Origin: Candidatus Bathyarchaeota archaeon
GTDB lineage: Archaea > Thermoproteota > Bathyarchaeia > Bathyarchaeales > Bathyarchaeaceae
DNA: 64,000 bases
Assembly (NCBI GenBank): GCA_030608565.1
Contig: JAUWDY010000001.1
Span: 104,238 to 168,237 of the forward strand
Direction of reading: 5' to 3'
Below the pieces are notes generated by a model. The model saw nothing but the letters and a program-made list of their open reading frames with translations. It was not told the origin of the DNA and made no database searches. Position numbers and translations under genes: made by a program. Shown here one piece after another: positions 18,362 to 29,857 of the stretch (within the stretch, counting starts at the first letter, position 1; each line of letters opens with the position of its first letter).

Positions 18362-20450
18362 AGGTCATTAAGAAGTTTCCAAACCCATCTACTCTGGCCT
18401 TCCAGTTAGGATAGACAACTGTGGTAGCATCGTATTGCTCTATTACTGCTGGGCCACAGATCATATTTCCCGGCTTGAGTTTCTCTCTGACATACACGGG
18501 ACATTTCACATAATCTTTGTATTTCTCAAAGAACACATTCCGCGTAGTCAAAAGAGCCTCTGCAGGCGGCTCCCGCTCACATAGTTTTTGCTTCATCAAT
18601 TTAGGCTTCATCACGATGCCGACTGCGACAAGCCTAGCATTCACCAACTCGACATTTTCTTCTCTTACTGCATACCCATAGACGGCCTTATGTTTGCTAT
18701 GAAACCTTTCTATGACACTGTCAAATTCTTCTTTGGTTAATGGAGCAAGCACTGGAATGGTAAGCTCGTACCCTTGGCCAAAGTACCTCATGTCCAACTG
18801 TCGCAGAAACGTCATGTTGTCAGGTTTGATTCTCTGCGATTCCATTATTTTCATGCCTTCGGCTTGCAGTTTCCTAAACGTCGCTTTAATATCGCTTAGT
18901 TGAACATCTTTCACTGTTTTCATGATGGCTTTTACAAGGCTATAGGTGAAATCGGCTGTGAGGAGTCCAAGCGCTGAAAACAGGCCTGGATTAGTTGGTA
19001 CAATAATGCTGGATATGTGTAATTCTTCAGCGAGGGCGCAAGCGTGCATTGGACCGGCTCCACCAAAGGAGTTTAATGTGAATTGTCTCGGGTCGTGGCC
19101 ACGCTCCACCGAAACGATTCTTAGAATCTTAGCCATGGTTGAGTTTACTATTCTTATTATACCTGCAGCGGCATCAGCTAATTCGAAACCGGTTTTCTCA
19201 CAGATTTCTTTATCAATGAATTTTTGAGACAACTCTGGGAATGCTTTCATTCTTCCTCCAAGCATATAGTTGGGGTTAAGCCTTCCAAGAATTAGGTTAG
19301 CGTCGGTTACGGTGGGTTTCTCTCCGCCTTTTCCGTAGCAGGCTGGACCAGGATCAGCTCCTGCGCTTAGTGGGCCGACTCTTAAGGCTCCGCCTGTGTC
19401 AACCCAAGCGATTGTTCCTCCTCCGGCGCTGCACTCTGCTAGGTCTATGAAGGGGAATCTTACGGGGTATCCGCTTCCTTTCACAATTCTTCCGCTGTGG
19501 ACTTTGCCAGCCACTTCGTACTCTGTCACAACTTCTGGGATTCCGCCTTGTACGATTCCTGCCTTAGCGGTGGTTCCGCCCATGTCGAAGCTTACTATGT
19601 TCTTGATTTTGAGCATTTTTCCGTAGAAGGATGATGCTATGACGCCGGCTGCTGGGCCAGATTCAACCATGCTTACCGGTTTTTCAATAATCACATTTTT
19701 AGAAGCTATACCGCCACTGGACTGCATCACGCAAAGTGGACTGGAAACGCCTAGTTTTTGAGTTCTATCAGATAAATCGTTCATATAGACTGACACGATT
19801 GGCATTAGGCACGCGTTCACTACTGTCGTGCTTGTTCTCTCGAACTCGCGGTATTCAGGTGCAATTTCAGAGGAGCATGTTACAAAAATCTGTGGGCATG
19901 CCTCTTGAAGCATATTCTTGATTTCTTGCTCGTGCTTCGGGTTCATGTAAGAGTGAAGCAACGCGATTGCTACAGCTTTGATTTTCTCACGTTTCAACTC
20001 AACTGTAAGGGTCTGTGCATTCTCGGTGTTTAACGGCTCTAACACTTCACCTTCCGGCCCAATTCTTTCATTAACTTCGTACCTAAGCTTTCTGGGCATA
20101 AGCATCCGAGGCCTTTGAACGAAAAGGTTGTATAACTCATGCCTCCTCTGCCGACCTATTTCTAAAACGTCTCTAAATCCCTTCGTTGTGATCAACGCAG
20201 CTTTTGGGAGTTCAAGACCAAGCTGCCCAAGCAATGCATTTACTGCTATTGTTGTGGCATGCGTTATTGTGGAAATTTTTTCGGGTTCAACTCCTTTGAG
20301 AAACTGTTTAAAAACCTCGATAACCGCGTCTGCAGGCTTTTTTGGAGTTGAGGACTCCTTGAAATTCATTAGCTTACCGGTTTGTTCGTTCAGTGCAACT
20401 AAGTCTGTGAATGTACCTCCAATGTCTACACTGACTCTGTATTCTGGCAA
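18333..20450 (-). CDS. hyuA: Hydantoinase A/oxoprolinase family protein
   Basis: [44 protein letters not shown]. Confidence 0.92.
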   Translation of the reverse strand: MPEYRVSVDIGGTFTDLVALNEQTGKLMNFKESSTPKKPADAVIEVFKQFLKGVEPEKISTITHATTIAVNALLGQLGLELPKAALITTKGFRDVLEIGRQRRHELYNLFVQRPRMLMPRKLRYEVNERIGPEGEVLEPLNTENAQTLTVELKREKIKAVAIALLHSYMNPKHEQEIKNMLQEACPQIFVTCSSEIAPEYREFERTSTTVVNACLMPIVSVYMNDLSDRTQKLGVSSPLCVMQSSGGIASKNVIIEKPVSMVESGPAAGVIASSFYGKMLKIKNIVSFDMGGTTAKAGIVQGGIPEVVTEYEVAGKVHSGRIVKGSGYPVRFPFIDLAECSAGGGTIAWVDTGGALRVGPLSAGADPGPACYGKGGEKPTVTDANLILGRLNPNYMLGGRMKAFPELSQKFIDKEICEKTGFELADAAAGIIRIVNSTMAKILRIVSVERGHDPRQFTLNSFGGAGPMHACALAEELHISSIIVPTNPGLFSALGLLTADFTYSLVKAIMKTVKDVQLSDIKATFRKLQAEGMKIMESQRIKPDNMTFLRQLDMRYFGQGYELTIPVLAPLTKEEFDSVIERFHSKHKAVYGYAVREENVELVNARLVAVGIVMKPKLMKQKLCEREPPAEALLTTRNVFFEKYKDYVKCPVYVREKLKPGNMICGPAVIEQYDATTVVYPNWKARVDGFGNFLMTFAGGKQVES

Positions 20451-20549
20451 GCTTTTTCGTAACTCCCATATTGCCTTGGCGGCAACAACTCATAAATTTT
20501 AGATAAGTTTAGAAGGAAATTTTTTTCAATCGAAGAGACTGCGTTTTTG

Positions 20550-21578
20550 TCAGCCGAAATATTTTCTCATGTCCTCAAGCGCGGCTGATGGAACAGGTAA
20601 ATCCTTCATGGTCACCAAGCCTGGCGCTGCATTCATCACCTTGGGAATGGAGTTTACGATTATCGCTACGGTTCCTGAGTCGCCGTGTATGCATGGTGTT
20701 ATTTTCTCGTGGACGTTTGGCACTCCTTTGATAGTGATAGCATCGTATTCTTCTTTTGCGCCTATGTACGCTTGAAAATCGAGTGAGATGACTTCTTTCT
20801 CTTCCTTTATGCCTCTTGCACATTGTTTTAGGCCAGCTACTTGACCGGGTTCCACTTTAACTGCCTCGCTTTCCACATGTGTCTTAGCTATCACCGGCTC
20901 CACGGGGTCTACCTCTATCTTGTCAAGTTTCCATTTTAAGGCGTTGGCTATCATGGCTATAGATTGTGTAAGTCCGACATGTCCCGTGATGGTTTTCTTT
21001 TCTATTCTTTCTTTGAATTCGTTGACGGTGAGTCCTGCTCCTATTTTCTTTTGGAATGGAGCCCTCCGCGTGGCAGCGTTCATTATTCTAGTTGCCTTGA
21101 TTTGCTCGATTTCTTGGCATACGCTAGTGAGTGTGATGACGATGGTGTCCATGAGGAAACCGGGGTTTATGCCCGTACCTAAGACGGTTACGCTGTGTTC
21201 TCTTGCTAGTTTGTCAAGTTTTTCTGCTATTTCCGGTTCCGTGGCGTATGGATACGAAAGTTCTTCGCATGTGGATATCACGTTTGCTCCATGTTTTATG
21301 GCTGCTGCTATCTGTGAGTATGTTTGTTTGAGGAATGATGTAGTTGAGTGAATTACTACGTCAGCATTAGCCTTAGAAAGCACACCGTCAGGGTTATTGG
21401 ATACCGTGATTCCTAACCGTTTGCCGATGTCTAAAACGTCTCCTAGGTCTTTTCCAACCTTCTCTTTGGCAACATCGATGGCACCAACGATTTCTACTCC
21501 TTTCTTCTTTAGTAGGAGTTTGGCTATGCGGCTTCCCATGGCGCCGACACCGTATAGAACTATTCTCACGTTTTCCAT
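20550..21578 (-). CDS. NAD(P)-dependent dehydrogenase of the dihydrodipicolinate-reductase / 2,4-diaminopentanoate-dehydrogenase type
   Basis: VLYGVGAMGSRIAKLL Rossmann motif, GTGINPGFLMDTI. Confidence 0.7.
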   Translation of the reverse strand: MENVRIVLYGVGAMGSRIAKLLLKKKGVEIVGAIDVAKEKVGKDLGDVLDIGKRLGITVSNNPDGVLSKANADVVIHSTTSFLKQTYSQIAAAIKHGANVISTCEELSYPYATEPEIAEKLDKLAREHSVTVLGTGINPGFLMDTIVITLTSVCQEIEQIKATRIMNAATRRAPFQKKIGAGLTVNEFKERIEKKTITGHVGLTQSIAMIANALKWKLDKIEVDPVEPVIAKTHVESEAVKVEPGQVAGLKQCARGIKEEKEVISLDFQAYIGAKEEYDAITIKGVPNVHEKITPCIHGDSGTVAIIVNSIPKVMNAAPGLVTMKDLPVPSAALEDMRKYFG

Positions 21579-21700
21579 GGCTCAATCCTTCTTTTGTTAT
21601 GCGTAGCGTTTTACTCTGATATAGGTGTATTCTGTGTGTGCACGCATAAATATGTCAGATTTCATTTATGATTAGAAACTTTAAGGATTAAACGGGATGG

Positions 21701-22984
21701 TTGATGCGGCGTTCAGAATTATACTCAGCGAGCGTTATAGTACTATCAATAACCTCCATGGTCGAGAACATCGCAGGCGCCCTACCTATATCCTACTTCC
21801 CCTATTACGCAACCTCCTTAGGGGCTGAAATCTGGTTTATAGGAGTGTTCATAGCCGCCTTCATGGTTACAAGCGCATTTCTCTCTTCCCCGTTTGGAAG
21901 CCTCTCTGATCGAGCTGGCAGGAAGAAACTCATTCAAGCTGGACTACTAGCAGATGTTTTCCTAGGCATATTAACAGGTTTAGTTCCGAATTGGCAGACA
22001 CTCCTCATCATCAGAGCCCTAAACGGGGTAGCTACAGCAGCAGTTCGACCCGCAGCAGAAGCTTCCTTAATCGACCAAGTTCCAAAAAGACGAAAAGGCG
22101 AAGCCCTAGGATTCTTCCTAACCCTAACCATGGTAGGATGGTTCATAGGCCCCATCTTCGGTGGAACCATTCAATTCCTTTCAGAGACCACTTTAGGATT
22201 AACTTTAGAAAATAGTTACAGAATCCCATATTTTATAGATTCCTTGTTATCCGTAATCGCCATAGGATTAGTGACATGGAAGGTCAAAGAGACAAGAGGA
22301 AAAAAATCTGACTTGAAAAGAACAGAGGCCGAGGAAGAAGACGACTTCAAGCTTACTGGATGGATTCTACGTTCCATAAGAGTCCTGTACGTTACAACCC
22401 TGACTAACGGCTTCGCAGTAGGCTTCATCGCCCCAGTGGGCGTCCTCTTCCTAGCCGAGGTCTTCGGAGCCATAACCTTCCAGATCGGAGCAATCCTATC
22501 CATATCAGGGTTTGTAGGAATAGCATGCAATTTCTTCGCGGGCAAACTAGCCGATAAGTGGGGAAGAAAGCCAGTGATAACCATTGGAAGTCTATCATCC
22601 AGACTCGGATCGATAGCACTACCATTCGCCTCGAATCTTTGGCAAGCGACAGGAGTTATGGCGTTTAGATCCTTAGGGATAAACGTAAGCATGCCCGCGG
22701 GAAGAGCATTAAGAGCAGACCTTGCCCCTGCAAAAATAAGGGGAAAATTATTCGGAAGGTTCACTGCATTCTTCGACGTAGGCATGATTGCAGGAGTCCT
22801 CATAGGACCATGGCTCTTCCAGACGTTCCAATTCCAAGAATTTAGGATCGAATGGCTTGGAGGCCTGATAGTTAAAGGAGCAGGACTCCCATTTTTCCTA
22901 AGTGGAATAATAGGATTAATAGCTTTAGCACTTCTACTTGCCTTTGTTGAAGAACCGCAGAGAAAAGAAAAAGAAGATCGATAA
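21701..22984 (+). CDS. MFS transporter
   Basis: PFGSLSDRAGRKKLIQAG, GKLADKWGRKPVI; 12 TM pattern. Confidence 0.88.
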   Translation: MMRRSELYSASVIVLSITSMVENIAGALPISYFPYYATSLGAEIWFIGVFIAAFMVTSAFLSSPFGSLSDRAGRKKLIQAGLLADVFLGILTGLVPNWQTLLIIRALNGVATAAVRPAAEASLIDQVPKRRKGEALGFFLTLTMVGWFIGPIFGGTIQFLSETTLGLTLENSYRIPYFIDSLLSVIAIGLVTWKVKETRGKKSDLKRTEAEEEDDFKLTGWILRSIRVLYVTTLTNGFAVGFIAPVGVLFLAEVFGAITFQIGAILSISGFVGIACNFFAGKLADKWGRKPVITIGSLSSRLGSIALPFASNLWQATGVMAFRSLGINVSMPAGRALRADLAPAKIRGKLFGRFTAFFDVGMIAGVLIGPWLFQTFQFQEFRIEWLGGLIVKGAGLPFFLSGIIGLIALALLLAFVEEPQRKEKEDR

Positions 22985-23275
22985 TTATTGAAAATCAAAA
23001 CAGACAACGCACGCATTTCAATCATCCAGTTCATTGGTTTTGGTGCTCAAATTCGTTCAAAAACAATCATTTATTCACCATCGCAAAGGAGTCCACCATT
23101 GAAAACAAAGAATACCACAACACCGGTATTTTTCAGTTGAGGAGATTCAACGAATCAAGATCTACAAAGAAACAGCTTAAAACCAAAAAACCTTTCTCCC
23201 TCAGCTCTACAGCAACTCTATTCTACGTCGTCTATCCTCCACTCTCAAAACAGAGCCCTCCCAAAAAAACCACGT

Positions 23276-23468
23276 AATCAAAGTGTGAACAGAGTTTTCA
23301 CTAGGCTTAGAAACAAAACACAACCTAAAAGTAACCCTGACACAAGCCATGATCCCCCCTAGGTAGGGGGGTCTATAAAGAGAGAGAATAAGAAACTGCA
23401 AAAAATTAGGGGGGGGCTATAGGGGGGTCTAATAAGAGAGAGACACCCACAAATAACCTAACAAGCAA
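23276..23468. repeat. Inverted repeat copy A (core 23288-23352, 65 bp) plus G/C-run palindrome
   Basis: Core is reverse complement of 31638-31702 with one mismatch; CCCCCCTAGGTAGGGGGG follows; second AGGGGGGTCTAATAAGAGAGAGACAC block also matches copy B. Confidence 0.93.
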
Positions 23469-23505
23469 AAACGTTCAATTCTACTATTCACAAAACACCA
23501 ACAGA

Positions 23506-23985
23506 TCAAGCCATCCGCTTAATAAGATCGTTAATAACTTCACCCCTATACCCAGTAACTCCACCAGCAGCATAACTCTTTTTCACCTTACCTTTGAAAC
23601 CTTTCTTTGGCGGATGAAGACGAAACAGAGGCTTAACACCAGAAAGACTACTATACTCAACCTTCAACGCATAAATAGCCTCAGCCAAATCATCAATTGA
23701 TTCATAACCAATCCCTTGAACATACTGTTCAGTCAACTTCTTATTACCAACAAGCTTCCCTCTTTTCCTCAAAAGAAGCGCAACACCCTCTCTAGAAACC
23801 TCACCCCAAACCAAGTAATCCTTCGCTTTACGCAGCATACCCAAGTAGGAAGGACGATCATCAATCAATGTAGCATGACAATTCCGAGTTAGATGAAGCA
23901 TCTGAAGCGTTTCATCAATTTCTCGAAAAACGCCACTCAGCCCACGAACCCGAATAACCGCTAAACACTTCCGTTTCTCCTTCAT
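23506..23985 (-). CDS. rpl30p: Ribosomal protein L30 (uL30)
   Basis: LAVIRVRGLSGV, archaeal S10/spc gene order. Confidence 0.92.
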   Translation of the reverse strand: MKEKRKCLAVIRVRGLSGVFREIDETLQMLHLTRNCHATLIDDRPSYLGMLRKAKDYLVWGEVSREGVALLLRKRGKLVGNKKLTEQYVQGIGYESIDDLAEAIYALKVEYSSLSGVKPLFRLHPPKKGFKGKVKKSYAAGGVTGYRGEVINDLIKRMA

Positions 23986-24618
23986 TTACCCCACCCAATC
24001 ACTCGGCATGACGAGAGTATACGTTTTCCGAAGAGCCTCAAACACAGCATAAGCAAAGGAAGGAACAGTCTTAGTAGAACCATAGCTCCGCGTCCAACAA
24101 TCCTTAACCCCAGCAAGCCCCAAAATAACCTTAGCCGCTTCATTCGCAACAACACCTAAACCACGAGGACCCGGAATCAACACAACCTCCACTCCACCAC
24201 ACTTAGCTCGAACCCGAAACGGCAAAGAATGCGGTTTCCCACACCCACATTCCCAGCTTCCACAACCTCGACGAATAAGAGTAACGTTAAGACGCGCATC
24301 CACCGCGCCTCTCTCAATAGCATTACGCACCTGCTTCGCCTTTCCTGAACCTAAACCCACATAGCCATCGCGGTTTCCAACAGCCACAATCGCCTTAAAT
24401 CGAGATTTCTCTCCAGCATCAGTTTGCTTTTGCACCAAATTTATGTCAATAACTTCTTCTTGCAGATCTGGAAGAAGAACATCCACTATTTCCGGTTCAC
24501 GTATTTTCAGCCCTTCCATAAACACTTCTTCAATAGAAGAGATATGGCCTTCAAGAATCATTTTCCCCAGCCTTGTACGAGGCTTCCACCCCGCCACCTT
24601 TTCCTCCGTGGATCTCAT
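23986..24618 (-). CDS. rps5p: Ribosomal protein S5 (uS5)
   Basis: RFKAIVAVGNRDGYVGLGSGKAKQV. Confidence 0.96.
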   Translation of the reverse strand: MRSTEEKVAGWKPRTRLGKMILEGHISSIEEVFMEGLKIREPEIVDVLLPDLQEEVIDINLVQKQTDAGEKSRFKAIVAVGNRDGYVGLGSGKAKQVRNAIERGAVDARLNVTLIRRGCGSWECGCGKPHSLPFRVRAKCGGVEVVLIPGPRGLGVVANEAAKVILGLAGVKDCWTRSYGSTKTVPSFAYAVFEALRKTYTLVMPSDWVG

Positions 24619-25217
24619 GCTTTTTCCTCCTTAAATGAAGAAACAATTTTCTCCTTCGTCAAAGAAAAATGTTCAGAAAGTTGTTCAGGACGCAAACCCT
24701 TTGACAACTGTTTAGAAAACAATTTCTGATAGGCATCCAAGTTTGAAGATAATTGATTTGCATAATCGACAACATGCTCCCCACATATTCTTTTTCCGTC
24801 CGGCAGCATCTTTTCATCATGTGGAACCATCATACCAGCGTCAAGAACCCCCTTTAACACAGCAAAAACTCGCGAGCCTCGGGAAGGACACTGCAAACCT
24901 ATATCCAAAACAGCCTTTTTCACGCCATGGACAATTGCTCTGCAACCGCACAAAAGCCCAGTCAAATAAGCCGCTGGAACGTTTTTGCAACTGCCTTGCC
25001 ATCCATAAGTTTTCATCAGTTCGCAGGAGTGAGCAGACGCAATGACCACATCGCCACTTGTCTTGGCTTCAATGACTTGGGCGATAGTATGCTTTAACGT
25101 CCCGCGAGCTATTAATCGAGGCAACCTAGACAAAACAAGAGCTCTTCTTGAATGATAGTCAGTTTTTCCTTCTCTCCGTCTGCGGAAGGGTACACGATAG
25201 CTGGGTCCTGTGGCCAT
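24615..25217 (-). CDS. rpl18p: Ribosomal protein L18 (uL18)
   Basis: YRVPFRRRREGKTDYHSRRALV. Confidence 0.95.
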   Translation of the reverse strand: MATGPSYRVPFRRRREGKTDYHSRRALVLSRLPRLIARGTLKHTIAQVIEAKTSGDVVIASAHSCELMKTYGWQGSCKNVPAAYLTGLLCGCRAIVHGVKKAVLDIGLQCPSRGSRVFAVLKGVLDAGMMVPHDEKMLPDGKRICGEHVVDYANQLSSNLDAYQKLFSKQLSKGLRPEQLSEHFSLTKEKIVSSFKEEKA

Positions 25218-25669
25218 TACTGTTTCCTCCCTAAACCACGGGTTTTGATGTGACGTTCCAAGTCTGCTGTTGACTCAAATACTCCACTTCCAGCTTTGTT
25301 GTAGAGTTTACGATAAACGCTTTTCGTGATCACACGGCTTGTTTTCAGTTCACGCAACTTTTTTCGCAACGCTCGGATTTTTTTCATCCACCTTCGCTTC
25401 TTAGAAATCCTTGCATGAGTCGACCCACTTTTTCGACCTGGGCCCCTCCTTAATCCTTTCTTTTTCTTTTCATGCAAAACCCGTGCACGAGCACGACTAA
25501 TACCCTTTTTGGGTCGAGGTTGAATGATCTCTTCATGGATTAGCCTTCTGATTTCCTGCCTAGTAATTGCTGCCTCAACATCCTCTATTCGATCAGGGTC
25601 TATCCAAACTCGCCCCTCACCAACATTGAGAAGCTCGGCAGCTAATCGGCGTTGACTTCTAAGACTCAA
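25217..25669 (-). CDS. rpl19e: Ribosomal protein L19e
   Basis: [34 protein letters not shown]. Confidence 0.95.
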   Translation of the reverse strand: MSLRSQRRLAAELLNVGEGRVWIDPDRIEDVEAAITRQEIRRLIHEEIIQPRPKKGISRARARVLHEKKKKGLRRGPGRKSGSTHARISKKRRWMKKIRALRKKLRELKTSRVITKSVYRKLYNKAGSGVFESTADLERHIKTRGLGRKQ

Positions 25670-26154
25670 TTCTTTTCGCTCCGTTTATGCTGTTCAGCCT
25701 TCTCCTCTTTTTTCTCCTTCTCTTCTTCCTCGACTTCTTCAAGTTCTTTCATTTCTCTGGGATTTAGAATGTGAATTCCTCGTTCCTCGGCTCTGGCAGA
25801 GATTTCAACTCGTTTTCTCGCTCCCACAGTGCGAGCAATTCTGATGGCTTGCGTTTTAGGATCAACTTTTTCAACATCATCTACGTTATATACTAAAGCC
25901 TCTGCATATCCCGATGGGTGAAGACCTCTAGTTTTCTTTGGACCACGATAACCAACTTCCACGGATCGGGGCCAGCCCTTTACCTTCTTCCGCATTTTAC
26001 TGTCTATGCCACGTGGTCTCCGCCAACTTTCTTCTACTCTCTTGTATCGCCAACTTTCTTGTCGCCTAAAATCGGGTTTCTTATCTTTAATGCGTTCTCG
26101 CTTTCTTAAAGCTCGCTCTTTGGCGAACGTCTCTGGTTTTTTCTCGCTTTTCAT
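25666..26154 (-). CDS. rpl32e: Ribosomal protein L32e
   Basis: [27 protein letters not shown]. Confidence 0.95.
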   Translation of the reverse strand: MKSEKKPETFAKERALRKRERIKDKKPDFRRQESWRYKRVEESWRRPRGIDSKMRKKVKGWPRSVEVGYRGPKKTRGLHPSGYAEALVYNVDDVEKVDPKTQAIRIARTVGARKRVEISARAEERGIHILNPREMKELEEVEEEEKEKKEEKAEQHKRSEKN

Positions 26155-26699
26155 TCTTTCATCCCCTCATGCCGCTCGTAAGTGTAGATGCCGTCAAGGA
26201 ACACCCGGGGGTCTTTTTTCTTAATTTTGGTTGCTCTTTCGATGTTTGCAGCGGTTTGGCTGACATCCTCGATGTTGATTCCTTGTACAGTTACGTCATC
26301 GCCCTTTGGCATAACCTTGGCGTCACCCATTATTTTGGCTATGCGTGGGCTTCGTTCCCCTGTAAAGTTTTCGATAGTCACTGTTTTTTCTCTAACTTTG
26401 ACAGATATTGGGAAGTGTGAGAACACGATTTTGAGTTTGTAAGTAAATCCCTTAGTCACCCCTATCATCATGTTTTGAATATGAGAGCAGATCGTTCCCA
26501 CGAGAGCTGCTTCTCTTTTGCGAGGCCAGCTCGCTCGAATCTTTATCAAATCTTCTTCTAATTGAACAGATACGGAGGCATGAGAAAAGTCTCGCGTTAG
26601 TGTTCCCTTTTCACCCTTAACCATTACAACTCTTCCCTCTACTTTAACGTCCACCTCTTCAGGAATTTCGATCGATCTAACCGCCTCAATGACGCGCAT
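26151..26699 (-). CDS. rpl6p: Ribosomal protein L6 (uL6)
   Basis: [29 protein letters not shown]. Confidence 0.95.
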   Translation of the reverse strand: MRVIEAVRSIEIPEEVDVKVEGRVVMVKGEKGTLTRDFSHASVSVQLEEDLIKIRASWPRKREAALVGTICSHIQNMMIGVTKGFTYKLKIVFSHFPISVKVREKTVTIENFTGERSPRIAKIMGDAKVMPKGDDVTVQGINIEDVSQTAANIERATKIKKKDPRVFLDGIYTYERHEGMKE

Positions 26700-26710
26700 T
26701 CACAGTTCCC

Positions 26711-27103
26711 CTAATAGATAAAAGCAAGGAGTCTCCCCCCGATTTTTTCCTTCTTAACCTTCCGATGAGCCAGCACTCCCTTGGAAGTGGAAACCACGAG
26801 AACACCGATGTCTCTGGATGGGAGAAAACGTTTCTCCCAAGTTTCAAATTCATTTGATCTCACAGGAAAACGGGGTTTTACGGCGCCGCATTTGTTTATA
26901 CGACCAAGAAGCTGTATCTTGAACTTTCCGGAACGCCCGTCCTCCACAAATTCAAATTCGCCGATATACCCATTCAGTTGCATAATCCTCAAAACGCGCC
27001 CCAAGAGCTTAGAGGCTGGACTAATTATGCATTCACGCTTATTTCGCATCTCATTGTTCATAATGGTCGTCAACCCATTAGCAAGAGTATCTACAGGTGT
27101 CAA
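26711..27103 (-). CDS. rps8p: Ribosomal protein S8 (uS8)
   Basis: DTLANGLTTIMNNEMRNKRECII; RDIGVLVVSTSKGVLAHRKV. Confidence 0.95.
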   Translation of the reverse strand: MTPVDTLANGLTTIMNNEMRNKRECIISPASKLLGRVLRIMQLNGYIGEFEFVEDGRSGKFKIQLLGRINKCGAVKPRFPVRSNEFETWEKRFLPSRDIGVLVVSTSKGVLAHRKVKKEKIGGRLLAFIY

Positions 27104-27117
27104 TTTTCCAGCGCCTC

Positions 27118-27282
27118 CTACTCATACTTTTTGAACCCAAGTTTTTCAGCGACCTCTCTAAAACATTGGCGACATAAATACAGTCCATGCCGACGAATGA
27201 TTGCTCCATAGGAGCCACATCGTCTGCATGGGCGGCTACCCTTACCGTATTTTCGCTCTTTTTTTGGCTTCTGTTTTCCCAT
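27118..27282 (-). CDS. rps14p: Ribosomal protein S14 (uS14, zinc-binding), 54 aa
   Basis: Hand translation (too short for track): [54 protein letters not shown]. Confidence 0.95.
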   Translation of the reverse strand: MGKQKPKKERKYGKGSRPCRRCGSYGAIIRRHGLYLCRQCFREVAEKLGFKKYE

Positions 27283-27297
27283 CCGAGTGCCCTCAGC

Positions 27298-27879
27298 TTA
27301 TACGATTTCAACTCCAAATTCATCTTTAATAAATAGCATCGCATCATCAAGTGTCAATAAGTGGTCTAGTCCAACTTTAGATCGAGCACGATGCCTCCGT
27401 TTAACGCGATATCCGGGTCTACCAAGAGTAACTGAAACATCCATGCCATATATGCCGAGTTCTGGCACGTATTTGGTGCCAGGTATCTCTATATGTTCCT
27501 TAATGCCGAAAGAAAAGTTTCCGTGACGGTCAAAACAGTCCTTTGAAAGTTTATTATCAACAGTATGAAAAGCTTTCTGAAGAAAATTCTTCGCTTTTTC
27601 CTTCCGAAGAGTCACAACACAAGCGATCGGTTCTCCTTTTCTGATACCAAAATCCCGTATTGTTTTCTTGGCCTTCCGCTTACAAGGCGTTTGTTCAGTC
27701 AGTTTCTCAAGAACCTTTGATGCCTTTTCAAGAGGCTCTCCAGACTTTCCGACAGAAATATTGACGGTTACTTTTTCAATTTTGGATTTAAGCATCGGAT
27801 CTTCACGCCATCTCTTGCGAATTTCTTCTTCTGACAAATCAATTATCCTCCGGCAAAGATATCCACGGCCGGGTATCAC
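27298..27879 (-). CDS. rpl5p: Ribosomal protein L5 (uL5)
   Basis: KVTVNISVGKSGEPLEKASKVLEKLT; syntenic. Confidence 0.94.
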   Translation of the reverse strand: MIPGRGYLCRRIIDLSEEEIRKRWREDPMLKSKIEKVTVNISVGKSGEPLEKASKVLEKLTEQTPCKRKAKKTIRDFGIRKGEPIACVVTLRKEKAKNFLQKAFHTVDNKLSKDCFDRHGNFSFGIKEHIEIPGTKYVPELGIYGMDVSVTLGRPGYRVKRRHRARSKVGLDHLLTLDDAMLFIKDEFGVEIV

Positions 27880-28597
27880 CAGTAGCGAAAATGAAATTAA
27901 GAGTTGTTTGGAAGCGATTTCCGTTTTCGTCTTCGATAGTAACCAGCGAGCCTCTGCGTTTTTGGCCTGAGCGCTTTTCTACGGTAACGATCTTGCCGTA
28001 TTTACCCACGTTTTTTCCTCCAATAATAATTGCGTGCATGTCTTTACCTAGCTTCAGGTGTGCAGTAATTTCTTGACTAGGGACACTTGTTTTCAAAACA
28101 TCTAATGTTTGATAGACATCTTTTTCAGGTTTTTGGGGGTCTTCCACTTGAACCTGTATGTTTCTTCCATCATGAAGATTAAGCTGCATATGTCCGCCTT
28201 TGATGACAGTTTTGTTTTCGATTCTACAGAGTTTGAATAGTGCCTCCTCGGGTCCAATGGAATGAAGAAACAACCCTTTTTCAGAGGGTAAAATTCGATA
28301 CGTTTTTTTCATCTCAGGTATGGAAATGACGTCCATTAGGCCTGTTGGAAAAAGTTCCTCCAGTTGTAATTTTCCGTTGACTTCTATCTTTCCTTGGGAA
28401 ATTATCGTTTTTGCTTCTTTTCGTGTTTTTGCGAATCCAAGAATATCACGGACAATAAGTGCAAGTGGCATGCAACGTGAAGTTGGGTGAGGCCCCGGCT
28501 TAGGTCTAACTACCCAAACGAATTCTTTTCGATGGATGGGCCAAAATTTTGGAGCTGGTTTTCGTTTTAAGTGTTTTTTTCCGCCTTTTTTCCCCAA
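27839..28597 (-). CDS. rps4e: Ribosomal protein S4e
   Basis: GKKGGKKHLKRKPAPKFWPIHRKEFVWVVRPKPGPH. Confidence 0.95.
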   Translation of the reverse strand: MGKKGGKKHLKRKPAPKFWPIHRKEFVWVVRPKPGPHPTSRCMPLALIVRDILGFAKTRKEAKTIISQGKIEVNGKLQLEELFPTGLMDVISIPEMKKTYRILPSEKGLFLHSIGPEEALFKLCRIENKTVIKGGHMQLNLHDGRNIQVQVEDPQKPEKDVYQTLDVLKTSVPSQEITAHLKLGKDMHAIIIGGKNVGKYGKIVTVEKRSGQKRRGSLVTIEDENGNRFQTTLNFIFATGDTRPWISLPEDN

Positions 28598-28598
28598 T

Positions 28599-29081
28599 TT
28601 ACGTTCCTCTGGTTTTTGCCGTAGTTTTGCGAGTTCCCTTTTTCTTTCTTTTCTGCTGGGCTTTCGCAGGTTTTAGCTCTGTTTCTTCCGCGGCCGTCTC
28701 TTTTGGTAACTCTATTTTTTCGCCGACGCCTTTTCGTTTCAGTGCTTCTCTGCGCCACTTGTCATCAAGATTCAGACGGGTAATTCTCACCTTAGACGGA
28801 TGAATAGGGATGGGCATTGAAGTTCCGTCTACTTTCTCCCGTGTTACTCCTTCAACAAAGATTCTATACTTCGTTCGGTTAACTCCGGTGACTTTCCCTT
28901 CAAATCCCTTGCGGTCTCCCCTCATAATATGAACAGTGTCGCCCATTCTCACCGGAATCGAGTTGGTGTTGTGGGACGTTTTTAGCTTCGATGAAAGAGC
29001 AGCAGAGAATTGTTTGTATCGTTTATGCAGAGGAGCTTGATACAATCTTTTGTGCTGTTTTCTAGGTTTTGTTGTTTTCAC
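28599..29081 (-). CDS. rpl24p: Ribosomal protein L24 (uL24) with basic C-terminal extension
   Basis: VRMGDTVHIMRGDRKGFEGKVTGVN. Confidence 0.94.
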   Translation of the reverse strand: MKTTKPRKQHKRLYQAPLHKRYKQFSAALSSKLKTSHNTNSIPVRMGDTVHIMRGDRKGFEGKVTGVNRTKYRIFVEGVTREKVDGTSMPIPIHPSKVRITRLNLDDKWRREALKRKGVGEKIELPKETAAEETELKPAKAQQKRKKKGTRKTTAKTRGT

Positions 29082-29094
29082 TTCTTCCAGCTTC

Positions 29095-29535
29095 CTACAC
29101 GATGATGCTTGCGGCGCTTGCTATTCTCGGCCATCGCTCAGCCGCTTCCTTCGCCACTGGGCCTCGGATCTCCGAGCCGCGCATTTCTCCTTCGGGGGTC
29201 ATTATAACAGCTGCGTTGTCTTCGAATTGAACCCAGACTCCGTCGGCACGTCTGTATGGTTTTCTCTGTCGAACTAAGACTGCATGAAATATTTTCTTTC
29301 TCATATCAGGTGTTCCTTTTCTCACTGAGACAACAACCCTATCTCCAACGGCTGCTGCGGGAACACGTCTTAATCGACCATGGTAACCCATTACTTGAAT
29401 TACTCTGAGTTTTCTGGCCCCGCTGTTATCAGTACATTTGACAATAGAACCAGCTAACAAGCCTGTTGAAATTTTTGGTCTCTGACCAATCATTCCTCTG
29501 GCTAGGAAAGCACGCGATTTGGCTCTTGCCGCCAT
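29095..29535 (-). CDS. rpl14p: Ribosomal protein L14 (uL14)
   Basis: [25 protein letters not shown]; [16 protein letters not shown]. Confidence 0.95.
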   Translation of the reverse strand: MAARAKSRAFLARGMIGQRPKISTGLLAGSIVKCTDNSGARKLRVIQVMGYHGRLRRVPAAAVGDRVVVSVRKGTPDMRKKIFHAVLVRQRKPYRRADGVWVQFEDNAAVIMTPEGEMRGSEIRGPVAKEAAERWPRIASAASIIV

Positions 29536-29536
29536 T

Positions 29537-29857
29537 TCATTTTCCCTCCAGCTTTTCGACTACCACAAAGGAAACGGTTTTGCTTATGGAGCGGCATTCA
29601 GCTATCTTCACTAGATTTCCTTCTTTCACGTTTATGCATGGAGGGTTATGGGCAGGAATGTGACTGTGCCTCCGTTCATAACGTCTGAATTTTGGCACGT
29701 AATTTAAGTAGTCACGTCGCACGACAATGGTTTTGTCCATCTTGGCGCTGATGACAACACCTTCCAATGTGTGCCCTCTGATCGAGAGGGTTCCATGAAA
29801 AGGACAGTTTGGGTCGTTGCAGGTTTTTTTTGGTTTTTTTGTGGAACGGGTTGTCAT
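29537..29857 (-). CDS. rps17p: Ribosomal protein S17 (uS17)
   Basis: [48 protein letters not shown]. Confidence 0.95.
   Translation of the reverse strand: MTTRSTKKPKKTCNDPNCPFHGTLSIRGHTLEGVVISAKMDKTIVVRRDYLNYVPKFRRYERRHSHIPAHNPPCINVKEGNLVKIAECRSISKTVSFVVVEKLEGK

Noticed and set aside
23362-23430. G-runs (6-8 G) as a dedicated G-quadruplex element
   Set aside because: Runs are separated by long or AT-rich spacers and the C-run complement forms an obvious palindrome; better described as part of the inverted repeat.
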